From positions 46,131 through 110,130 of the forward strand of contig JAFRAC010000005.1 in assembly GCA_017405595.1 (NCBI GenBank): a DNA stretch of 64,000 nt, read 5' to 3'. The notes under the pieces were generated by a model, which was not told the origin of the DNA, ran no database searches, and worked only from the letters and a program-made list of their open reading frames with translations. Both the position numbers and the translations under genes were made by a program. The DNA comes from Thermoguttaceae bacterium. GTDB lineage: Bacteria; Planctomycetota; Planctomycetia; Pirellulales; Thermoguttaceae. This document shows, piece by piece, positions 1-9,482 of the stretch; positions within the stretch are counted from its first letter, which is position 1, and every line of letters begins with the position of its first letter.

Positions 1-3000
1 GAATACGGCGACCGAAACCGGCGGCGCGGTCTACGCCCGCTATCTGACCGTTTCCGATAACACCGTCTTCCGGACAAACAGCGCCGCTCACGGCGGCGCG
101 GTGGGCCGTCAGATATCTTCGGTCTTCACGTTCACCGACACCCTCTTTACCGGCAATACGGCAACCGCCGAGGCGGGCGCGGTCTTCTGCGACGACATGA
201 CGGCGACCCGCACGACCTTTGTCGGGAACACCGCCGGAACCGCGAGCCAGCCCGGTTACGGCGGCGCGATCTACGCATCGAACCTTGCGGCGAATCTCGC
301 CCTCGATTACTGTTGGGTTGTCCGCAACAGTGCGACCCAGGGGGGCGCGATCTACTCGAATGGCGCAACGCTCGATCTTTATGAGTCGGTCGTTGCCGAA
401 AATACCGCTTCCTCCCTGAGCGGCCAAAGTGCCTACGGCGGCGGAATCTACACCGGGATGAACCAGGCCACCACGATCCGCTGGTCAACCGTTGCCAATA
501 ATACCGTCTCCGGCACGGGCGAGGGCGCCGACATTTACAGCAACAGCAATACGACAGTTTCGTATTCGATTCTCCTCGACGCCTACCAGGCGAACGGGAC
601 GCTTGCCCTTGTCAACTCCCTCTGGCAGTCGGCGGGCCACGGCGGCAGCGCCGTTGTCAGCCCCGATTCGGACTGCGACGTCTGGAACGGAACCGATCCG
701 CTCTTTGCCGGCGGAACCGATTACAAGACGGCCTACACGCTGGCTCCGCAGTCGGCGGCGATCAACGGAACCCACCTGACGTCCGGCGGCCCCTCGGAAG
801 GGATTACCGGGAATCCGCGTCCGTATCATACGTATTACGACTACGGCGCGATCGAAGGCGGCGAAGGGCCCGAAACCCCGTCGATGCACGTTACGACCTA
901 CGAGGACGTCGTCGATAAGTGGGACAACAAGATTTCGCTCCGCGAAGCGCTCACCGTCTATTACGGCGCTGTCGACGCGGGAGATGTCTCCTACGCCAAC
1001 GACGGGAAGACCGTCACTTTCGATTCGGTTCTGACCGATGTCAGCGGCGGCACTTCCGGCGCGGTGACGATCGGCGGCCGGACGAAACTCCTCGCCGACG
1101 GCACCTTTACCCTCGACGCCTCTCACGACGGACTGACGATCGAAGGGGATAACCGTGTCCTCTTCGACGGGACGACGTTCCGTATCTTCTACCTTTCCGA
1201 AGCGGCCGATATCACGGTCAACGGAATGACGTTCCAGAATATCAACGACGCTTCCCGCGGCGGTGTCTTTGCGGGAATCGTCAGCGACCTGGCGCCGGCC
1301 AAGACGGTTACCTTCAACAACAGCCGGTTCCTCAACAACACCTCGACCGACGGCGCCGGCGCGATTCGTGTCACGAACCTGAACCTGGTGCTGAACAGCT
1401 CGACCTTTACCGGAAACACCGGAACTCACGGCGGCGCGGTCTACGCGGCCAACGTGGTCGGCGGTGTGACCGTGACCGACTGCACCTTTACCGATAACGA
1501 GGCGCTTTACGGCGGCGCGATGGCGATCCGCTCCGAAAGCGCGCCGGTTTCGATTACCGGCGGCACCTTTGCCGGAAACGAAGCGACCGGTTCCGAAGGG
1601 GGCGCGCTCTATATTGCCTGTGCCGGCGAGGATGTTACGGTCAGCGGCGTGACGTTTACCGGCAACACTGCGGCCGAAGAAGGGGGTGCGGTCTTCCTTT
1701 CGACGATTCCGACCGGAACCGTTTCGGCGGTGACCGTGACGGAAAGCCACTTCAGCGGCAATACCGCGGGCGAAGGGGGCGGCGCGCTCTACGGTGATAT
1801 TACGGCGCTCTCGTCGAGCACCTTTACCGGGAACACGGCCGGAGCCGACGGCGGCGCGGTTCACGGCGAAATCGGCTCGCTCGCTTCGAGTTCGTTTACC
1901 TCGAACTCGGCGGTTAACGGCGGCGCACTTTATACCGGCAGTCTGACCGCGACCGGCACGACGTTTACCGGCAATACGGCGGCCGAACGCGGCGGCGCGG
2001 TTTTCAGCGGCGGCGACACTTCGAGCCTGAACTTCTCGGCCAACTGCGACTTTAACGGGAATACCGCAACCACAGCCAGCGGCGGCGCGATCTGGGGCTA
2101 CAATGTCTCGGTTGCCGATTCCCAGATCCGCAACAACACGGCGGGGACCGAAGGGGGCGGCATTTTCGCGCGCGGCAACGCGTCTCTGACGAACGCCGCG
2201 GTTTCGGGGAACTCGGCACTGTCGGGCGGCGGCCTTTACGCGATCGATCCCGGCGCGTCGGTCACCGTGACCGGCGGCTCGTTTGCCGATAACACCGCCG
2301 AAGAAAACGGCGGTGCGGTTTACGCTCCGGCAATCACCGTTTCGGCGGCTGGTGGGGCCGTGACCTTTACCGGGAACAGCGCCGGGACCAACGGCGGTGC
2401 GCTCTATCTCGGCGAGGGAACCTCGACGATTACCGGCGCCCAGTTCGGCGGAAGTTCCGCTTCCGACGGGAACAGTGCCGGTGTCAGCGGCGGTGCGATT
2501 CATCTCGAAGGGAGCAACGGGGTTCTGACCGTGACCGGCGGCACGTTCGCCGGGAACAGCGCGGGAACCCAGTTCGATGACGACAATCAGGGAACCCGCG
2601 GGTTCGGCGGTGCGATCCGCAACCACAGCGGCACGCTGAATGTCAGCGGAGCCGAGTTTACCGGAAACCGCGCTTCCCGCGGCGGCGCGATTCACGCCTT
2701 CAGCGGAACCTCGACGATCGACTCGGCCGTCTTCTCGCAGAACACGGGTCTGCGCGGCGGCGGGATCATCGTCAAGGGCGGAACCGCCGCGATTACCGGC
2801 AGCTCGTTTACCGACAACAACGTGATTTGGGGCGGCGGCGCACTTGTCGGCGACCAGGCGACTCGGATCACCATCGACGATACCGCCTTCTCCGGCAACA
2901 GCTCGGGCGTTTACGGCGGGGCAATCTATCACTACCAGGGTGATATTCAAGTTTCCCGCAGTACGTTTACCGGGAACTCAAGCCATCAGGCGGGCGCGGT

Positions 3001-4693
3001 CAACCTCTATTCCGACAACGCCGTGTTTGAGTACTCGACGTTTACCGGCAATACGGCGTCTGACAAGGGCGGCGCGGTCTTTGTACGCCAGTCGAATCGG
3101 GCGGAGATCGATTACTGCATCATGACCGGCAACACCGCGGTGATCGGCGGCGGAGTCGCCAGCAACGGCAACACGGTGATCTATCAGTCGCTCATTGCCG
3201 ACAATGCCGCTTCGGATTACGCCGGCGGGCTTTATCATCAGGGACCCTACACCTTGGGTGTCAGCTGGTCGACGATTGTGAATAACACGGCTCCTTCCGG
3301 AACGGACGGCAGTGATCTCTACGTCGATTCGAGCAACTTCATCGATGTCGACGACTCGATCGTCGGTGCCGGTTACAGTGCCCGGACCTACTACTACCAG
3401 GTGAATTATAACGATACCTGCTACGAGTCGGTTTCCGGCGGTATCTCCGCTTACGATTCGCATCAGGTGCCGGATATCGATACGCTCTTTGTTGACGCGG
3501 TCGGCGGCAATTACCGGCTCGTTGCCGGGACAGTTGCGGTCGACGCGATCGATTCGCCGGCCGATCCTCCGGCGGTCGACCTGGCGGATGCCGCGCGTCC
3601 TTACAACGTTCTGTATGACTGCGGCGCGTATGAGTATACGGGTCTTGTTTCTCCGACTTCGTCCGTGTCTTCGATTGTCGTTAATACGGCCGGCGAAGAT
3701 TCCGACCCGACCAACAACGTGATCTCGCTCCGCGAGGCGCTGGCGATGTATGCGGCGGGTGACGGCGATGTCATCACATTTGCCGACAATGTCACGTCGA
3801 TCAGTCTTGAAAGCGGACTAACGCTTAATGCCGGCCACGACGGTCTGACCATCGACGGCGGCAACTGCGTTGTCTTCGACGGCCAAAACTTCCGCGTTTT
3901 CACGATTTCCGAAGCGATTGATGTGACGTTCAAGGGACTCACGTTCCAGAACATCGAAACGACGGTTGACGGCGCGGCAATTGGAACGAGTTCCGCCCTT
4001 TCCGGGAAAACGATCACTGTTGACGATTGCGTCTTCTCCGGCAATACCGCCCGTAAAGGCGGCGCGGTGTATGTTAACGGATTGGATACTTCTGTTTCCA
4101 ACAGCGCATTTACCGGTAATACCGCGGTCGAAGACGGCGGCGCGATCTGGGTAAAATCTTCCGATCTTACCATTTTCCAGTCGCTCATTGCCGATAATAC
4201 AGCGGGTCAGTATGGTGCCGGCGGAGGTATCTATGTGGCCGAGGCCGGGGTCATCAAGAATGTGAATATTTCCTGGTCGACCATTGCGAATAATACCGCT
4301 TATTCGGTCCCGGATGATCTTTACGTGGACAGCCTCGACGTGACGCTCATCACGCGTAACTCGATCATCATTACGGTGTTCGCGGGTACCGAGAATGTTT
4401 CCCATACGAACCTGATTAACCTTTCGCCCGAAAGCCTCTTTGCCGATCCTACCCACGGCGATTACAGGCTCACATCGGGTTCGCTTGCAATCAACGCTTC
4501 CGGCGTCGTCTCGGGCGATCCGACCACCGACCTGGCGGGGAACACCCGTGCAGGAAACGGCACCGCCTACGACTGCGGCGCGTACGAGTTCATTGAGGGT
4601 AGTCCGGCATCTCTGCCTTACTCCGACACCGCCGACGCCGCGTTCGCCTCGCTCGGCGAGGACGATCTGGCGGTTGACTTCGACCAGTTCTAA
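1..4693 (+). CDS. Giant Pmp-repeat right-handed beta-helix surface/secreted protein, 5' end outside the window
   Basis: Frame 2 is open from nt 2 to the stop at 4691-4693, so the Met at 101 is internal. Roughly thirty degenerate units of GGA[IVL][YFHW] followed by F[TS]GN[TS]A match the Chlamydia polymorphic-membrane-protein repeat signature. Three module ends carry Y-D-[YC]-G-A-[IY]-E (nt 833-856, 3614-3634, 4568-4588), as in choice-of-anchor-Q-type domains. Confidence 0.8.
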   Translation, partial: NTATETGGAVYARYLTVSDNTVFRTNSAAHGGAVGRQISSVFTFTDTLFTGNTATAEAGAVFCDDMTATRTTFVGNTAGTASQPGYGGAIYASNLAANLALDYCWVVRNSATQGGAIYSNGATLDLYESVVAENTASSLSGQSAYGGGIYTGMNQATTIRWSTVANNTVSGTGEGADIYSNSNTTVSYSILLDAYQANGTLALVNSLWQSAGHGGSAVVSPDSDCDVWNGTDPLFAGGTDYKTAYTLAPQSAAINGTHLTSGGPSEGITGNPRPYHTYYDYGAIEGGEGPETPSMHVTTYEDVVDKWDNKISLREALTVYYGAVDAGDVSYANDGKTVTFDSVLTDVSGGTSGAVTIGGRTKLLADGTFTLDASHDGLTIEGDNRVLFDGTTFRIFYLSEAADITVNGMTFQNINDASRGGVFAGIVSDLAPAKTVTFNNSRFLNNTSTDGAGAIRVTNLNLVLNSSTFTGNTGTHGGAVYAANVVGGVTVTDCTFTDNEALYGGAMAIRSESAPVSITGGTFAGNEATGSEGGALYIACAGEDVTVSGVTFTGNTAAEEGGAVFLSTIPTGTVSAVTVTESHFSGNTAGEGGGALYGDITALSSSTFTGNTAGADGGAVHGEIGSLASSSFTSNSAVNGGALYTGSLTATGTTFTGNTAAERGGAVFSGGDTSSLNFSANCDFNGNTATTASGGAIWGYNVSVADSQIRNNTAGTEGGGIFARGNASLTNAAVSGNSALSGGGLYAIDPGASVTVTGGSFADNTAEENGGAVYAPAITVSAAGGAVTFTGNSAGTNGGALYLGEGTSTITGAQFGGSSASDGNSAGVSGGAIHLEGSNGVLTVTGGTFAGNSAGTQFDDDNQGTRGFGGAIRNHSGTLNVSGAEFTGNRASRGGAIHAFSGTSTIDSAVFSQNTGLRGGGIIVKGGTAAITGSSFTDNNVIWGGGALVGDQATRITIDDTAFSGNSSGVYGGAIYHYQGDIQVSRSTFTGNSSHQAGAVNLYSDNAVFEYSTFTGNTASDKGGAVFVRQSNRAEIDYCIMTGNTAVIGGGVASNGNTVIYQSLIADNAASDYAGGLYHQGPYTLGVSWSTIVNNTAPSGTDGSDLYVDSSNFIDVDDSIVGAGYSARTYYYQVNYNDTCYESVSGGISAYDSHQVPDIDTLFVDAVGGNYRLVAGTVAVDAIDSPADPPAVDLADAARPYNVLYDCGAYEYTGLVSPTSSVSSIVVNTAGEDSDPTNNVISLREALAMYAAGDGDVITFADNVTSISLESGLTLNAGHDGLTIDGGNCVVFDGQNFRVFTISEAIDVTFKGLTFQNIETTVDGAAIGTSSALSGKTITVDDCVFSGNTARKGGAVYVNGLDTSVSNSAFTGNTAVEDGGAIWVKSSDLTIFQSLIADNTAGQYGAGGGIYVAEAGVIKNVNISWSTIANNTAYSVPDDLYVDSLDVTLITRNSIIITVFAGTENVSHTNLINLSPESLFADPTHGDYRLTSGSLAINASGVVSGDPTTDLAGNTRAGNGTAYDCGAYEFIEGSPASLPYSDTADAAFASLGEDDLAVDFDQF

Positions 4694-4724
4694 ACGAACC
4701 GTTCCTTTCCTCTAAGGACCCCAC

Positions 4725-4765
4725 AAGCGCGGGCTTGCCTCCCCAGGCAACCCCGCGCTTTTTTC
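4725..4765 (+). terminator. Rho-independent terminator after the Pmp-repeat gene
   Basis: AAGCGCGGG (4725-4733) pairs with CCCGCGCTT (4752-4760) around an inner CTTGCC/GGCAA stem. The stem runs into a T6 tract (4759-4764), about 30 nt after the stop codon. Confidence 0.6.
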
Positions 4766-4867
4766 ACGCTTCCGTCACCTACACTCCCACCCCCGCAGGA
4801 ACAGCAACGCGTTTTCCTGCTGTACGGTCATCAGAAAATGCCCCTATGAAACGAGTTTTTCTACATG

Positions 4868-5207
4868 GGGAGTAGAGAAGCCTGGGTCTGGAGGTGTTGT
4901 AAAGCAGCATTTGGGGGTTGTTGAACCGAAATCCTCCGACTGAATCGGGGACGATATGAAGGAGTATTTCAGCTTTTCGGGCGCGGGAGGGAACCCCCGT
5001 CCGGCTACCCGGCAGCACAGGTTGGCAAATTTTGGCTCCCGGCTACGCGGTCACAGAAGCAGGCGCGGCCGCAAAGCCTGGCGCTAAAATCGTCTGCCGT
5101 GACTCGCGGATCGGAGGGGCCCTTGCCCGCTGATTGTGTTAAAGGGCCGGGGAGCGGAGTAGCTTGGGATTGCCGGGGTGCGGGAAGGCGCTTCGCTGTT
5201 CCCGGAG
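4868..5207 (+). repeat. Composite hairpin-bearing intergenic element, copy A (with internal insertion)
   Basis: Shares ordered blocks with copies B and C: GAGTAG..GCCTGGG, GAACCGAAATCC + hairpin (4934-4950), GAGTATTTCAGCTTTTCG-GCGCGGGAGGGAACCCCCGTCCG, CCCTTGCCCGCTGA, GAGTAGCTTGGG, and the terminal hairpin GGGAAGGCGCTTCGCTGTTCCC (5182-5203). It lies between convergent genes and abuts the stop codon at 5208. Confidence 0.75.
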
Positions 5208-6842
5208 TTAGCGGTTTGGGAAGTTCATGGCCCGGATGAACTCGTCGCGGAAACGGGGGTTGCCGCCGAGGGGGACGCGGACGAGATTTTTGCGCAGCGA
5301 GCTGACCGTGTTCAGGAGTTCGCCGTTGCGCAATAACGCCAGTGTTCCCTGTAAAGATGTGTTGCCGCAGGGAACACATCGGGCGGGGTCGAATGTACCG
5401 GGGAAGAGACCGAGCCGCTGCGCATTGGTGAAGTCGAGTCCGCTCCCGAGTCCGCCTGAAACGTAGAGCGTTTTGATTTCCGGCCACTTGACCCCGGCTG
5501 TTTCGAGAAGAACCGTCAGCCCGGCGCGGATTGCTCCGAGCGCGAGCTGAATCTGGCGGACGTCTTTTTGCGTTAAATGAAGATCGGGCGTGATTGGTAT
5601 GCTCTTTTGAAGTTTTCCGGAAGCGTCGAGGTCGCCCGTACGCAATAGTTCGGCGACAAGGTCGATGACCGCCGAACCGGCGAGACCGCAAAGAGGCCGG
5701 TCCGTGCCGGGCTGGAATGTTTCGCAGCTGATCCGCGCCGCCGCCCGGTTCGGAGGGAGCGGTGAAAGCGGTTCTGTTCCTGTAATACGTATATGCCGGA
5801 TCGCGTTCGGTTCGGCCCGGGAACCGCAGCTGAGCGATTCCCCTTCAAAGACGGGACCGGCCGCGGCCTGTGAGGCGTAGATCGTTCTCTCTTTGAAGAG
5901 GAGCATCTCGCTGTTGGTGCCGACGTCGACCAGAAGTTCCGGTCCGGCCTGGCCGAACGTGAACCCGTATTCCGGATTGGTTTGGAGTGCGAAAATCCCC
6001 GCCGTGAGGTCGCCCCCGATCAGGCCGCCGAGAAGGGGGACGGTTAGCGATTTGCCCCTTTCGTTTAACGGGAATCCGCAGGAGGAGGCGGGACGGGGCG
6101 AAAAGTCGAGCGCCATCGGTTCGTAGGGGGGAACCGTCATGGTGTGCGGGTCGATGCCGAGAAAGAGGTAGGTCACCACACTGTTTCCCGCAACCGCTGC
6201 CGATTTGACCGATGAAGCGATCGCCGTTTCCGGAACCGATTCGTGGTAGGCGAGTGTGCGGAGCAGATCGTTCAGCGCCTCGTGGGTTTTGCGCCGGCAC
6301 TCTTCGGCGAGATGCTTCCGGCCGACAACCGCGCCGAGACGGCTGACGATGTCGGATCCGTATTCACGCTGCGGGTTCTTGACCGAACAGGGCGCGGAAA
6401 CGGCGCCTGTTTCGAGGTCGAGAAGGGCGCCGTCGATGTTTGTCGAGCCGAGGTCAACGGCGAAGGCGAACTGCCGCTGCGCCGACGATGTGACGATGCG
6501 AGGTACTGCGGCAGCGGCAATTTCGCCGGGCTGGTGTAAAAAAATGAGCGCCGATTCGCGGAGAAAGACCTGGCATGCCGGTACACTTGGAACGGAACGG
6601 CTGACCTCTTCGACCGGCGGCGCTTTGCGCGCGGACCATTCGCTGCAGCGGGGGTCCGACTTTTTCAGGAGCATGACCCGACATTTTCCGCAGCGGCCGA
6701 GACCGCCGCAGGAGTTCGGCAGCCGGATCCCGATTTCGGCGAGCAGATCGGAAAGCCGGCCCGGTTCACAGAGATGGAGTTTCGGCTTTTGGTAGACGGC
6801 GCCGGCCGAATCAGCCTGGTAGATGCGGAGTTTGATGGTCAT
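5208..6842 (-). CDS. ASKHA-fold DUF4445 protein with N-terminal 2Fe-2S ferredoxin domain (RACo-like corrinoid-activator family)
   Basis: N-terminal C-x4-GRCGKC ferredoxin-type cysteines. ASKHA phosphate motifs VDLGSTNIDG and VDVGTNSE. The likely start MTIKLRIY (ATG 6842-6840) overlaps the upstream stop as ATGA; the track ORF extends to 6863. Confidence 0.8.
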   Translation of the reverse strand: MTIKLRIYQADSAGAVYQKPKLHLCEPGRLSDLLAEIGIRLPNSCGGLGRCGKCRVMLLKKSDPRCSEWSARKAPPVEEVSRSVPSVPACQVFLRESALIFLHQPGEIAAAAVPRIVTSSAQRQFAFAVDLGSTNIDGALLDLETGAVSAPCSVKNPQREYGSDIVSRLGAVVGRKHLAEECRRKTHEALNDLLRTLAYHESVPETAIASSVKSAAVAGNSVVTYLFLGIDPHTMTVPPYEPMALDFSPRPASSCGFPLNERGKSLTVPLLGGLIGGDLTAGIFALQTNPEYGFTFGQAGPELLVDVGTNSEMLLFKERTIYASQAAAGPVFEGESLSCGSRAEPNAIRHIRITGTEPLSPLPPNRAAARISCETFQPGTDRPLCGLAGSAVIDLVAELLRTGDLDASGKLQKSIPITPDLHLTQKDVRQIQLALGAIRAGLTVLLETAGVKWPEIKTLYVSGGLGSGLDFTNAQRLGLFPGTFDPARCVPCGNTSLQGTLALLRNGELLNTVSSLRKNLVRVPLGGNPRFRDEFIRAMNFPNR

Positions 6843-9010
6843 TCTGCGGCGCTCTCCCGGCATCCGGCCTGCGTGTAGTCGAACGGAACGAATCCGATTT
6901 TAAATGCCGGGGAGTCCGGCTGAAGGTGATAGTCGCGGTTTTCGGGATCGACGAAAAGCGGGTCGGCGCAGAGGCCCCCTTCGTCGAATCCCGAGGCTTT
7001 CATCTGCTCGTAGGTTTTGTCGCCATTGTCGCCGAACATCGCTTCGCCTGTAGTGCAGTACCAGAGGTTGCTGCGGACGCGTTTGTGAACCTCTTCAAAG
7101 CGATGACCGAACGCCCGGCCTTCGGACCAGACGACAATGTTGTTCTCGAAGGTGAAGGAGCGGTGGTCTTCCACACGAGACGCAACGACCTGGTATGGCG
7201 TGCTGTCAATCAAAATGTTGTTCCGGATCAGGTTACCGCGGCCGTAATGCTGATGGAAGGAACCGTCGGTGGTGTTGTAGACGAGGTTGTTTTCCATGAG
7301 AACCCCTTCGGAACCTTCGTCGGTGTAGAGTCCCCAGCCGCCGTAGGAGTTCGATTTGATGTCGTAGATGACGTTGTTGCAGACCCGCGTGCCGTGAAGT
7401 GCGCCGAGTGTATAGACACCCCCCATGTCGGCGAGCGATCCCTGCCCGATTTTGTGAATTTTGTTATACTCAATGCGGTTCCGAAACGCGCTACCCCCCT
7501 TGTATCCCCAGGTCCAGCCGACGGAAACGCCCGAGTAGAAGAAGTCCTCGATTTCGTTGTGGACAACATCGCTGTCGTGCGTGTTGTTCCCGATAAGAAC
7601 GCCCACCGCGGAGGCGTGAAACCGGCCCCCTTCGCGAAGGTGATTGTTCTGAATGATGTTCTCGTTGGAGATGCCGGGCGAGTCTTCCTGCGGGCCGCCG
7701 TCCCCGGTCAGGATGATTCCGCCGCCGCCGAGGTCGGAAATGCCGCACTTTTCGATCCGCCACTGTTTGACGTTATGGAGCCGGAACGCGTATTCCCCGA
7801 TGTGGGAAACCGTGCAGCCGATGAACCAAATCCGGCGTGCGTAAAGACCGCTGACCGCGCTGTCGAGATACATGGCCGCCTGCGCCGGTTCAAACTGCGC
7901 GGGGCCCGGTTTGGCGAGGTCTCCGGTGACTGCGGGGTCGATTTCGGCGTCCTGCATGGTTTCGGGCCGGCGCGGAGTGTCGAAGTAGGAAATTCGGATG
8001 TTTTCGAAGGTGATATTTTCAACCCAGTCGGTTTTGGTCTCGTCGGTTCCTTCGGCTTTTTGCGAATTTCCCTCGAACCGGAGCGCGCGTGCCAGGCCGG
8101 AACGGGGAACGAAAAAGCGGGCGCCGGCAAGTTCTTCGCCCGGCAGGGGGCGGTAAAGGACTTTGCGGTTAACCCCGTCGTAGAACCATTCTCCCGGCTG
8201 GTCGAACGCGGACCGGACGTTGAGGATTTCCAAAAGGGAGTCGGATTGCCAGGGATTGTGATACGGCTGCGGCTTCCCTTTCATGAGGATTTCGCTCTTT
8301 TCGGTATCGACCCCTAAAATGATTCGGATTGTGGTGTTCCAGTGATGGTGAATGACCGCATGGGCGAACCGGAGTTCTTCGGCGGGCACATCCTTGAAAA
8401 AGTCGAGCGCGCCCGGTTCGGCGGTTACCGACTGGCGGGTGGTTTTCGGGTAAATGTTCTTTTCGCGGTTGACCGGGTTCTCGTCCCAGCCGGAAACGAC
8501 TTTCAGGAAACCTTCGTTCGGTTCGCGGGCACGCGCCGCGCGGCGGTTCCCGACAAAGAGCTGTTCGAAGTAGATCGGGTCGCCGGTTTCGGTAAACGGA
8601 ATGTCGGCTGACCAGACGCCGTTGCCTTCGTCGCGCCAGCCGGGAATTTCGATTCCGCCCGAGATAACCGGAAGGTTCCCTTCGGCGTCGGGCTGGCCGC
8701 GGTAAGTGATCGGAACCCCTTCGGTGCCGCTGTCTTCCGGAGTGAAGAGGATCGGTTCTGTGATGCTGTAGGTTCCGGGCTGAATGTGAACCGTCCAGGT
8801 TCCGGTCTGGCCGGCCGCTTTATCGGCCCGAATCCGGTCGCGCGCGGCGGTAAGGGTGGCAAGCGGAGCGTCGGCGGTGCCCGCAGCCGCATCGCTGCCG
8901 GCGGGGGAAAGGTAATAGTCGATCCGGGCCGGAGACGTGTCTTGGGCGAAAAGAGGGAAGAGGAAAAGCGCGGAAAGCGCTGCCGGCAGAAGGAGGCGGA
9001 ATGGGGCCAT
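6839..9010 (-). CDS. Secreted right-handed parallel beta-helix protein (pectate-lyase-fold, putative polysaccharide-active enzyme)
   Basis: Signal peptide MAPFRLLLPAALSALFLFPLFAQ. The N-terminal YYLSPAGSD..GT.DAPLATL motif is typical of DUF1565/pectate-lyase-fold proteins. Repeated N-x-[IV]-x-[DN]-N turns occur (NNHL, HNEIED, CNNVIYD, ENNLVYN, RNNILID). Confidence 0.7.
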   Translation of the reverse strand: MAPFRLLLPAALSALFLFPLFAQDTSPARIDYYLSPAGSDAAAGTADAPLATLTAARDRIRADKAAGQTGTWTVHIQPGTYSITEPILFTPEDSGTEGVPITYRGQPDAEGNLPVISGGIEIPGWRDEGNGVWSADIPFTETGDPIYFEQLFVGNRRAARAREPNEGFLKVVSGWDENPVNREKNIYPKTTRQSVTAEPGALDFFKDVPAEELRFAHAVIHHHWNTTIRIILGVDTEKSEILMKGKPQPYHNPWQSDSLLEILNVRSAFDQPGEWFYDGVNRKVLYRPLPGEELAGARFFVPRSGLARALRFEGNSQKAEGTDETKTDWVENITFENIRISYFDTPRRPETMQDAEIDPAVTGDLAKPGPAQFEPAQAAMYLDSAVSGLYARRIWFIGCTVSHIGEYAFRLHNVKQWRIEKCGISDLGGGGIILTGDGGPQEDSPGISNENIIQNNHLREGGRFHASAVGVLIGNNTHDSDVVHNEIEDFFYSGVSVGWTWGYKGGSAFRNRIEYNKIHKIGQGSLADMGGVYTLGALHGTRVCNNVIYDIKSNSYGGWGLYTDEGSEGVLMENNLVYNTTDGSFHQHYGRGNLIRNNILIDSTPYQVVASRVEDHRSFTFENNIVVWSEGRAFGHRFEEVHKRVRSNLWYCTTGEAMFGDNGDKTYEQMKASGFDEGGLCADPLFVDPENRDYHLQPDSPAFKIGFVPFDYTQAGCRESAAE

Positions 9011-9132
9011 GCGTTCAGGATCTTTCCAGGTTAGGGGTGCGGGATTAAGGTAGGAATTGTTTTTTAGTTATAAACGAGAGCGGGGTGAAAAGCAAGGGTT
9101 TGGGGATGGCGGAGGGGCGCGTTGTTGGCTAC

Positions 9133-9387
9133 GGAGGGAGAAGGGGGGAACTTGGCTTTCTGGGGTTATCGAAAATCTGCAGCTCAGTTTTCTGGGATTA
9201 TCGAGCTGAAATCCCCCGACTGAAGTCGGGGGCGAGTTGTTTGAGTATTTCAGCTTTTCGAGCGCGGGAGGGAACCCCCGTCCGACTAAAGTCGGAGGAT
9301 CCCTTGCCCGCTGACCGTGCTGATCAGCAGGTGAGTAGAGGAGCTTGGGGTGGTTCTGAAGGCGGGAAGGGCTTGCTGTTCCGGGAG
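9133..9387 (+). repeat. Composite hairpin-bearing intergenic element, copy B
   Basis: Same block order as copies A and C. Hairpin 1 is CCCCCGAC-TGAA-GTCGGGGG (9213-9232); hairpin 2 is CC(G)TCCGAC-TAAA-GTCGGAGG (9278-9298). These are followed by CCCTTGCCCGCTGA, GAGTAGAGGAGCTTGGGG and GGGAAGGGCTTGCTGTTCCGGGAG. It lies in the divergent spacer between the beta-helix gene and rimO. Confidence 0.75.
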
Positions 9388-9482
9388 TTTTTATAAATAA
9401 TTCTTATTTTGGGGTGGACAGGTTCCAAAATTATTATATTATAGAGGTAGGCGGAAAGCGGCGGTTGATGGTTCCGGAGAAG

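Noticed and set aside
485-2950. 821-aa minus-strand ORF and several 60-200-aa ORFs inside the Pmp-repeat gene
   Set aside because: They are antisense or off-frame to a repeat protein with a clear GGAxY/FxGNTA periodicity. Their composition is Arg/Gly/Ala-rich with no motifs.
4779-5691. Minus-strand ORFs 4779-5018 and 5005-5691
   Set aside because: They run through the intergenic repeat element (copy A) and out of frame into the 3' end of the DUF4445 gene. There are no motifs, and the equivalent regions of copies B and C do not conserve a reading frame.
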